IMG/VR virus record: IMGVR_UViG_3300025018_000106
DNA length: 20,000 nucleotides
Origin: an uncultured virus (IMG/VR IMGVR_UViG_3300025018_000106)
Lineage: Duplodnaviria > Heunggongvirae > Uroviricota > Caudoviricetes
Strand: one strand, 5' to 3'
In this document: positions 8,690 through 14,214 of the stretch, piece after piece
Layout of the letters: every line of letters starts with the position of its first letter
How positions within the stretch are numbered: the stretch's first letter is position 1
Program-made: the position numbers and the translations under genes
The notes under the pieces: model-generated
Told to the model about the DNA's origin: nothing
Databases searched by the model: none
What the model saw: the letters and a program-made list of their open reading frames with translations, nothing else

Positions 8690-8901
8690 ATGGTTGATCT
8701 TGACCAAATCGCAATCGACTTAATCGAAGCAGCACGCGACAACGAAGAAGTAACGCAAGCGCGCAAGCGCGCATTTCTTTGATGGTCCAGAACGATGAAG
8801 GTTTCGTGACGGAACAAGTCTACACCATCCGGTATTACGAGGACCGAGACGGTCGACCGGACTATCAGTGGACCATTTCGTCCAATCCGATCACGCGCTA
8901 A
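8690..8901 (+). pseudogene. 67-aa ORF disrupted by an 8-nt tandem duplication
   Basis: GGAG RBS; CGCAAGCG x2 at 8754-8769; removing one copy gives one continuous ORF. Confidence 0.7.
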
Positions 8902-8902
8902 A

Positions 8903-8988
8903 GCGGGCGTGGCGAAACGGCAGACGCAGGAGGCTTAAACCCTCTGGTCAGAAATGGCGTGCGGGTTCAAATCCCGCCGCCCGCACCA
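8903..8988 (+). tRNA. tRNA-Leu(TAA)
   Basis: Class II cloverleaf, CCA. Confidence 0.95.
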
Positions 8989-9003
8989 AACAAGGAGTAT
9001 ATC

Positions 9004-9141
9004 ATGGGTATCTTGAAAGGCGCCGCGGTGATCTTCATGGGAATGATTATCTTTTCGTTCGCCATCACCGCATGGGACCTTTTCGTGACTGATCCGTGTC
9101 AGTCTTTCAATCGTGGTTACGCCGAAGGATGCGAACAATGA
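9004..9141 (+). CDS. small membrane protein
   Basis: AAGGAG RBS; one TM segment. Confidence 0.7.
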   Translation: MGILKGAAVIFMGMIIFSFAITAWDLFVTDPCQSFNRGYAEGCEQ

Positions 9142-9317
9142 GCAAACGCGAAGATATCATCCGCATGGTCATGGAAGCGCCTGACCACAAGATCGAACAA
9201 CTGTTCCGTGACATGGGCATCGAATTGGACCTGAGTGGTCAGCATCCCGTCGTGGACATTGAAACCCAAACCTCCGAGGACATGATGTTCACACATTTGT
9301 ATGGAGATACACGATGA
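9138..9317 (+). CDS. hypothetical protein
   Basis: ATGA-coupled; MSKREDIIRM... Confidence 0.7.
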   Translation: MSKREDIIRMVMEAPDHKIEQLFRDMGIELDLSGQHPVVDIETQTSEDMMFTHLYGDTR

Positions 9318-9559
9318 ATTTCGACCAAACTCTATGGCTAGGCTTAGACAGCATTCAAGCTCTCTATCTGGCCATACCTTTTGCAATCGTATCAGCACTC
9401 ATTGCCAGATACACAAACAGAAACGCGACGTTTTGGTTTTTGGCTTCTTTCCCCTTTTCGATTCTAGCCTTTGGTTATCTTGTGATAACATGGATGTTCG
9501 GCAAGGCAGCGAAAGACTCTTCTGATCTTGTCAAAATGGCGAAAGGAGAAGAAGTATGA
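9314..9559 (+). CDS. small membrane protein
   Basis: ATGA-coupled, GGAG RBS, two TM segments. Confidence 0.75.
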   Translation: MNFDQTLWLGLDSIQALYLAIPFAIVSALIARYTNRNATFWFLASFPFSILAFGYLVITWMFGKAAKDSSDLVKMAKGEEV

Positions 9560-9735
9560 CGCACGAAACCGCTTTCCTGATTCTTTCTTCTATGTCTGTT
9601 TTGTGGGTTGTTTATGCACTCCATCTGACAGCAAAAAGAAAGGAAAAGTCCTTTCTGGCTTATTTGGTGATCTACTTCGGCGTTCTTTTTCCGCCTCTCT
9701 GGATCGCTTATTTCTACATGAAAAATCGCGCCTGA
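9556..9735 (+). CDS. small membrane protein (59 aa)
   Basis: AGGAG RBS, ATGA-coupled; MTHETAFLILSS...YFYMKNRA. Confidence 0.75.
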   Translation: MTHETAFLILSSMSVLWVVYALHLTAKRKEKSFLAYLVIYFGVLFPPLWIAYFYMKNRA

Positions 9736-9739
9736 TATC

Positions 9740-9831
9740 GGTCCTGTAGCTCAATGGTAGAGCGGTGTCCTTATAAGACATGAGCGCCTGATTAGCGCAC
9801 GATGTAGGTTCGATTCCTACCGGGACTACCA
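9740..9831 (+). tRNA. tRNA-Ile(TAT) with long variable arm
   Basis: GTGTC-CTTATAA-GACAT anticodon arm; V-arm GCGC-CTGATTA-GCGC; A73, CCA. Confidence 0.88.
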
Positions 9832-9833
9832 TT

Positions 9834-9909
9834 GCTCCTGTAGCTCAGCGGTTAGAGCTGCCCGCTCATAACGGGTAGGTCGCAGGTTCGAATCCTGCCG
9901 GGAGCACCA
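9834..9909 (+). tRNA. tRNA with CAT anticodon, probably Ile2 (lysidine type)
   Basis: Canonical cloverleaf; C4:G69 and C5:G68 as in TilS substrates. Ile versus Met is inferred. Confidence 0.85.
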
Positions 9910-9938
9910 AAAAAATTCGAAAAAACTGAAAAAAGTGC

Positions 9939-9967
9939 TTGACGAATCAGACCAAATCATATAAATA
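9939..9967 (+). promoter_or_regulatory. composite sigma70-like and late (TATAAATA) promoter
   Basis: A-tracts, TTGACG 9939, TATAAATA 9960-9967. Confidence 0.7.
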
Positions 9968-10008
9968 TGGTCACATCAAGACACAGACTTTACTAAGGAA
10001 CTAGCCCA

Positions 10009-10128
10009 ATGACAACCCATTATTGCAAAAAGCAGATGCAAACGCTCGCGAACCCCATTCGCGTCACCGCTCTGATTGCGCGTAATGAGGGCTTTGGAAA
10101 TGGACATATGGAGGGCTACATGGGATAA
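10009..10128 (+). CDS. putative attenuator leader peptide (39 aa)
   Basis: AAGGA RBS; MTTHYCKKQMQTLANPIRVTALIARNEGFGNGHMEGYMG; 3' end complementary to the terminator arm. Confidence 0.65.
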   Translation: MTTHYCKKQMQTLANPIRVTALIARNEGFGNGHMEGYMG

Positions 10129-10154
10129 CAAGTGATCCCAGTAACGAGTAGCAC

Positions 10155-10187
10155 AAGGCCCTCCGCTAAAACGGAGGGTCTTTTTTT
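10155..10187 (+). terminator. intrinsic terminator (attenuator)
   Basis: AAGGCCCTCCG-CTAAAA-CGGAGGGTCTT followed by a T7 tract. Confidence 0.88.
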
Positions 10188-10499
10188 ATGGATGACAAAG
10201 AGGCAAAGATACGAGATTTTTTACAAGAACTTGCGAAGGCTTGGCCATACAAACGCATTGTGATACCGAAACATCTTCTGAAAAGATGGGACGAAGAACG
10301 CGGCGACGGTATGGTGACGAAAGAAATGGCCTTGACTGTTGACAAAGACTTCGATATCTCAGATGATGAACAACTCTGGGAGCTGATGTTGAAACTGAGA
10401 GAGTCCACGAAGAATGCAAAACCTCTCCGCTTCAATGATCTGAAGCTGAGAGAGTCCAACCCACCGAAAACCGGTGTGGAAAAGACGAAACTGATATAG
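10188..10499 (+). CDS. hypothetical protein
   Basis: 103-aa ORF whose GGAGG RBS is the terminator 3' arm. Confidence 0.7.
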   Translation: MDDKEAKIRDFLQELAKAWPYKRIVIPKHLLKRWDEERGDGMVTKEMALTVDKDFDISDDEQLWELMLKLRESTKNAKPLRFNDLKLRESNPPKTGVEKTKLI

Positions 10500-10501
10500 A
10501 C

Positions 10502-10575
10502 GGGGCACGTCTATGGGTAGCGGGCGATCCTTGCAAGATTGCTGTCAAAGGGTTCGATTCCCTTGTGTTCCACCA
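10502..10575 (+). tRNA. tRNA-Ala(TGC), reduced D-arm
   Basis: G3·U70, A73, loop CT-TGC-AA, T-arm, CCA. Confidence 0.85.
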
Positions 10576-10580
10576 ACAAC

Positions 10581-10657
10581 GGTGCTGTAGCTCAGTTGGC
10601 CAGAGCGCGCCGCTCATAACGGCGAGGTCGGTGGTTCGATGCCACCCAGCACCACCA
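10581..10657 (+). tRNA. tRNA-Met(CAT), elongator type
   Basis: Canonical cloverleaf, paired 1:72, no 3GC initiator stem. Confidence 0.9.
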
Positions 10658-10676
10658 AAAAAGTGACAGATAGTGG

Positions 10677-10705
10677 TTGACACGCAAAGCGAATCGCACT
10701 ATATG
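10677..10705 (+). promoter_or_regulatory. early promoter, GAATC family
   Basis: TTGACA 10677, GAATC 10691, TATATG 10700, TGTAAC x2. Confidence 0.8.
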
Positions 10706-10814
10706 TAACATGTAACGAAAGAGATTGCGGCGTTGGGAGACTGGCCCGCCTGAGCAGAAACCCCCTGCGAGAAACTAACCAATACGGTTCTCACAAATAG
10801 GGTAAAAAAAGGTC

Positions 10815-10843
10815 TTGACATTGTGAACGAATCACGATAGAAA
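10815..10843 (+). promoter_or_regulatory. early promoter, GAATC family
   Basis: TTGACA 10815, GAATC 10829, TAGAAA 10838. Confidence 0.75.
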
Positions 10844-10849
10844 GATCAA

Positions 10850-10877
10850 GTCTTGAAAGAGACACGCTCTTTGAAAA
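10850..10877 (+). promoter_or_regulatory. rrn-like boxB/boxA antitermination signal
   Basis: GTCTT-GAAA-GAGAC hairpin followed by CGCTCTTTGAAAA. Confidence 0.65.
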
Positions 10878-10913
10878 TTTAGTCTTTGACTTAGGGGAAA
10901 CCCGATGATAGTC

Positions 10914-11048
10914 TGAAAACAGAGACCGAGACGCGAATGTGCGTAAGGTCAAAGTTAGTATCTGTTTTCACATGTTGACATTCGGTGGACGACCAGGCTG
11001 AAAAACCTGGCTGACGAAAACTTTGTGTCAACAGTTGAAAACAGATAC
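10914..11048 (+). ncRNA. structured leader RNA with long inverted repeat
   Basis: GTATCTGTTTTCA/TGAAAACAGATAC (13 bp) plus TGTTGACA/TGTCAACA; no ORF. Confidence 0.5.
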
Positions 11049-11135
11049 GGGGGTGCGCCAGAGTTGGAGAGCTGGGGCGGTCTGTAAAACCGTTGCTGAA
11101 AAGCTGAGTAGGTTCGAATCCCACCACCCCCACCA
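11049..11135 (+). tRNA. tRNA-Tyr(GTA)
   Basis: Class II cloverleaf, CCA. Confidence 0.93.
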
Positions 11136-11146
11136 AATACAGGATC

Positions 11147-11229
11147 GTTGTTCCTACCTAGGCGCTAACGGACCAGAGACGAAATCTCACTACGGTCGCC
11201 GCCCGCCCAAACAAGTATAGGTTAACAAC
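11147..11229 (+). ncRNA. putative structured spacer RNA
   Basis: Nested stems GTTGTT/AACAAC, ACCTA/TAGGT, GGCG/CGCC, GACC/GGTC, GAGA/TCTC. Confidence 0.4.
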
Positions 11230-11237
11230 ACACACTG

Positions 11238-11382
11238 GCGCGGGACGCTGAGTCCGTAAGACGCGAGAATTCATTCCCCGGAACGCACAAGGCGTGCGGC
11301 CTGACTGTTAATCAGTGTGAGGGTGGTTCGATTCCACCTCGGGGAGCCAATACGAGCGCAGGACGACGAGTCCGTAAGACGC
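11238..11382 (+). repeat. 27-nt direct repeat (11238-11264, 11356-11382)
   Basis: GCGCrGGACGnnGAGTCCGTAAGACGC, 24/27 identical. Confidence 0.85.
11275..11349 (+). tRNA. tRNA-Asn(GTT)
   Basis: U1:A72, G73, loop CT-GTT-AA, CCA. Confidence 0.9.
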
Positions 11383-11391
11383 ACGAAATAC

Positions 11392-11490
11392 CGGGGCGTT
11401 GGAAAGCGGTATACGATGATGCACATGTTGGCAGAAAGGGTAGCTCCCGGGCGCATGTGTTGTGGGTTCAAGTCCCGCCGACCCCGACCA
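11392..11490 (+). ncRNA. tRNA-like RNA lacking a canonical anticodon arm
   Basis: CGGGGCG/CG(A)CCCCG-ACCA; T-arm GTGGG-TTCAAGT-CCCGC; long internal helix. Confidence 0.7.
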
Positions 11491-11494
11491 ATTC

Positions 11495-11570
11495 GCTAGT
11501 GACTGTCTAATGGAAAGGCAGGCGGCCGATAACCGTCCACGAGGATGTTCGATTCATCCCACTAGCACCA
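11495..11570 (+). tRNA. tRNA-Ile(GAT) with C33
   Basis: GCTAGTG/CACTAGC, loop CC-GAT-AA, CCA. Confidence 0.85.
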
Positions 11571-11572
11571 AG

Positions 11573-11749
11573 TTTGCGGTAGCTTAACAATCGCGCCTCG
11601 CGAACGCGATAAAGTGACCATGTATATGGCATGGTAGATGGGTGACAGTAGAGGAAAGTGGTCGACCTACACCCACTGTCTTTAGAGACGAAGTGTCAGC
11701 GCACAGAACTTAGAATTCTGAGACACATCGGACTCACCCCGCAAAGCCA
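11573..11749 (+). ncRNA. multi-stem RNA closed by a 7-bp stem plus GCCA
   Basis: TTTGCGG/CCGCAAA-GCCA enclosing at least 6 helices. Confidence 0.55.
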
Positions 11750-11822
11750 ACACGGTACCCCACGGGGTGGGGCTAAGACGCTCGGGGAGTAGTGCCTACC
11801 ACATACGCAACAGAGGAGACCC

Positions 11823-11999
11823 ATGATGTTGACACGTTACCAAAGAGTGATGGTTGGTTTTTGTGAAATCGCAGATGGGCTTCTGGCTGTCTTGACACTC
11901 GGAAGCAAGCGAAGAAACTATGCCTTCCACATGACAGCAAAATACGAATTGCGCAATCTGAAACGATGCGCCAAAGAGAGAAATGCCCGCGCGACGTAA
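11823..11999 (+). CDS. hypothetical protein (58 aa)
   Basis: GAGGAG RBS; MMLTRYQRVMVGFCEIADG...; stop lies inside the next tRNA. Confidence 0.7.
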   Translation: MMLTRYQRVMVGFCEIADGLLAVLTLGSKRRNYAFHMTAKYELRNLKRCAKERNARAT

Positions 12000-12062
12000 T
12001 TGGCATAGCGTACCACCCTTAGAAGGTGGGTTTTGGGGGTTCGAGTCCCTCCGCGGGTACCA
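11985..12062 (+). tRNA. tRNA-Leu(TAG), short variable loop
   Basis: CCACC-CTTAGAA-GGTGG, 5-nt variable loop, CCA. Confidence 0.88.
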
Positions 12063-12079
12063 TATTTCAAACGGAGACG

Positions 12080-12229
12080 ATGATGAAAATCACGATCAAA
12101 CGGGAGGACTTGCCGAAACGGCGTAATCCCGAGTTTCTTGCCGCTCGAAAGCGCAAGGCGGGCGCTCACGAAAAACCTTACAATGAACGTCGAAACAACA
12201 AGGCTGCACTCCGAAAGGAGTGGGCATGA
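12080..12229 (+). CDS. small basic protein (49 aa)
   Basis: GGAG RBS; KRRNPEFLAARKRKAGAHEK. Confidence 0.75.
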   Translation: MMKITIKREDLPKRRNPEFLAARKRKAGAHEKPYNERRNNKAALRKEWA

Positions 12230-12240
12230 ATGGACGGGTA

Positions 12241-12323
12241 GGACGGGTAGACGAAAAGCGGTGTGGACTGCTAGTGGGCTTTTAATCCACGGTCAAGGGG
12301 TTCGACTCCCCACCCGTTCTCCA
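12241..12323 (+). tRNA. tRNA-Lys(TTT), atypical D region
   Basis: GGACGGG/CCCGTTC-TCCA; GTGGG-CTTTTAA-TCCAC; expanded D region. Confidence 0.78.
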
Positions 12324-12333
12324 ATACTTCAAT

Positions 12334-12410
12334 GATACGTCAAGCCCAAAGAGACGGAAGGACGTTGTTAGGATACAAGGCTTGAGGGACTGTTGCAACC
12401 TTGACGTATC
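12334..12410 (+). ncRNA. putative structured spacer RNA
   Basis: Perfect 11-bp GATACGTCAAG/CTTGACGTATC. Confidence 0.4.
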
Positions 12411-12436
12411 TTTCAAGTATTGAGATTAGGCAGACC

Positions 12437-12520
12437 TAGGCGGTAGAGTAGGGTGATCCCTGACACTCCGAAAAATGGGAAACAGGTTCAGGGGCCCGGT
12501 GCAAATCCTCCCGCTGCCTA
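12437..12520 (+). ncRNA. putative structured RNA with T-loop-like motif
   Basis: TAGGCGGT/GCTGCCTA, TCCCTGA/TCAGGGG, GGTGCAAATCC. Confidence 0.4.
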
Positions 12521-12530
12521 TTGAAATCAC

Positions 12531-12605
12531 GCGGCCGTAGCTCAGGGGTAGAGCGGCAGACTGAAAATCTGCGCGTCGGAGGTTCGATTCCTCCCGGTCG
12601 CACCA
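12531..12605 (+). tRNA. tRNA-Phe(GAA)
   Basis: Canonical cloverleaf, CCA. Confidence 0.97.
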
Positions 12606-12611
12606 AAATAT

Positions 12612-12685
12612 TGCCCGGTCGTCTAATGGCAGGATAACAGACTTTGAATCTGGAGACGCTGGTTCGACCCCAGCCCGGGCAACCA
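12612..12685 (+). tRNA. tRNA-Gln(TTG)
   Basis: U1:A72, canonical arms, CCA. Confidence 0.93.
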
Positions 12686-12698
12686 ATAGGAGAGTAAG

Positions 12699-12908
12699 AT
12701 GGCAAAGATCAAGAACGAGGACTTTCCGAGAGACGCACAAGCGATTGTGGATCGGCTTTCGAAGGTCGAAGATTTGAACAAGTCGTCTGCCGCTTACCTA
12801 AAGATCATTCCCACCTTCATCGAAGATGGTGACGGTAGGTTCGCGTTCACTCTTGCGAGTCGCGCAGCTTTCATGCACGAATATTGTGAGTCCCAGAAGT
12901 CTAAATAG
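12699..12908 (+). CDS. hypothetical protein
   Basis: AGGAG RBS. Confidence 0.75.
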   Translation: MAKIKNEDFPRDAQAIVDRLSKVEDLNKSSAAYLKIIPTFIEDGDGRFAFTLASRAAFMHEYCESQKSK

Positions 12909-12932
12909 GGTGTAACAATAAGGAAAACACCC

Positions 12933-13286
12933 ATGACACCGAGACTGAAAAGGAACCTTACCATGATTGGTCTTGTCGCAGGCACCATTGTATCCGTAGC
13001 AGGCGCGTTGGCAGTGTTCGATATCGAACCGCCAAGACCTGTGTTCAAAAGCCAACTTGTTCAAGTCCAGATGCAAGTCCTAGAGTTGGACAGCATTATC
13101 ACTTCACAACAGTTGAACGACCAGAGATTGCGGTTGTATCAGAACGAACGCGAATCGCAACAGTGGTTAACAGAGGAAGGTTTCGTGCCTGACTGGCTTC
13201 TAGAGGAGCGCGTCCTGTTGGAGAGTGAGATTGACGCTCTGAGAAATCGACTTGACGTTATTCGCCAACAGGCGGTTGACAACTAA
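12933..13286 (+). CDS. membrane-anchored coiled-coil protein
   Basis: AAGGA RBS, N-terminal TM, late-like CTAAATA at 12901. Confidence 0.8.
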   Translation: MTPRLKRNLTMIGLVAGTIVSVAGALAVFDIEPPRPVFKSQLVQVQMQVLELDSIITSQQLNDQRLRLYQNERESQQWLTEEGFVPDWLLEERVLLESEIDALRNRLDVIRQQAVDN

Positions 13287-13304
13287 AACGAATCATGATA
13301 CAAA
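13276..13304 (+). promoter_or_regulatory. early promoter, GAATC family
   Basis: TTGACA 13276, GAATC 13290, TACAAA 13299, TGTAAC. Confidence 0.75.
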
Positions 13305-13387
13305 GATCATGTAACAAACGAGGTAACACGATGTTTTACTATGAGGACGACCAAGCCTTCTAAGCTACTACAGCGAAAGGAGGAAAA

Positions 13388-13906
13388 ATGTCCAGAACGC
13401 ACCGTAAACCGCGTTGGTATGTTGAACACACCGACGCATCCTACATAAACCGCGAGTTGGAATACCACACTCGCCGTCCCTATCGTCTTGTCAAGGTTCG
13501 TAAGACCGACGAAGAATTCGATAAAGAAATGGCCGCTGCGATCCGTGAATACGAAGCAGCAGTCAAAAAGAACGGCGGCAGCACGACCTACGTTGAATGG
13601 TCTCGCTGGTGTGAATGCTATGTGACCCGCGAAATTCGTAAACCTTGGGTCAGTCGTCACCGTTACGAGCGTGTCCCTTACTCGGTTGACGAATGTATCG
13701 AAGATGCGAAGAAAGAACGCGCGAAACTGACCCGCGACGGCAACATGTCCGAAAGCGGTCGCCGCAAGTATTTCAAGTATCTCGCAAAGAAAGAAGTGCG
13801 CTCTGAGTGGCGCAACATGAAACAGAAAATTCTCAAAGGCGAGGATTACGATGAATATTGCCCACACGACCGTCTTGGTAAAAAGCACGTCTGGTCTGTG
13901 TGGTGA
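13388..13906 (+). CDS. highly charged hypothetical protein
   Basis: AGGAGG RBS; MSRTHRKPRW... Confidence 0.85.
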   Translation: MSRTHRKPRWYVEHTDASYINRELEYHTRRPYRLVKVRKTDEEFDKEMAAAIREYEAAVKKNGGSTTYVEWSRWCECYVTREIRKPWVSRHRYERVPYSVDECIEDAKKERAKLTRDGNMSESGRRKYFKYLAKKEVRSEWRNMKQKILKGEDYDEYCPHDRLGKKHVWSVW

Positions 13907-13912
13907 GAATAT

Positions 13913-13988
13913 GCCGCTTGAGTGTTGATGGCTAGCACGCTTGGTTGTGGACCAGGAAGATCGGGATCGTAACCCGAGGGCGGTACCA
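13913..13988 (+). tRNA. tRNA-His(GTG), alphaproteobacterial type
   Basis: Loop TT-GTG-GA; G1·U72, A73, no encoded G-1. Confidence 0.88.
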
Positions 13989-13994
13989 AACAAC

Positions 13995-14070
13995 GGACCG
14001 GTAGCTGAGAGGCGTAGCGGCGGGCTCTTACCCCGCGTCAACGTGGGTTCGAATCCCACCCGGTTCACCA
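13995..14070 (+). tRNA. tRNA-Lys(CTT)
   Basis: GCGGG-CTCTTAC-CCCGC, CCA. Confidence 0.92.
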
Positions 14071-14077
14071 AACACAT

Positions 14078-14151
14078 CTGGGTGTGTTGTAGTGGTAACT
14101 TATCCGGCTTGGACCCGGAAGTCGCAGGTTCGATTCCTGCCACCCAGACCA
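14078..14151 (+). tRNA. tRNA-Pro(TGG)
   Basis: C1:G72, A73, loop CT-TGG-AC. Confidence 0.9.
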
Positions 14152-14161
14152 AAATAAGCGG

Positions 14162-14190
14162 CTGACATTCTCTGACGAATCACTTATATA
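14162..14190 (+). promoter_or_regulatory. early promoter, GAATC family
   Basis: CTGACA 14162, GAATC 14177, TATATA 14185, TGTAAC. Confidence 0.75.
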
Positions 14191-14214
14191 GGTGATGTAA
14201 CAAGAGAGGTTCAC

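Noticed and set aside
10958..11048. Hammerhead-like CTGACGA...GAAA
   Set aside because: Stem I is not adjacent to the cleavage triplet, stem II needs an insertion, and a stronger competing helix exists.
11243..11388. Hammerhead resemblance of GAGTCCGTAAGAC...GAAA
   Set aside because: No intact CUGANGA core and extra bases precede GAAA.
11651..11712. RNase P RNA-like words GAGGAAAGT and ACAGAAC
   Set aside because: The two segments cannot form the P4 helix and the RNA is too short.
12477..12518. Cobalamin riboswitch-like GGGAA...GGTGCAAATCC
   Set aside because: No P4 stem symmetry, no CCCCCGC/ACTGT or B12 box, and it precedes a tRNA rather than nrdJ.
8100..12530. tmRNA (one- or two-piece) or CRISPR array
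   Set aside because: No Ala-type TLD linked to a tag frame; no regularly spaced repeats beyond one two-copy motif.
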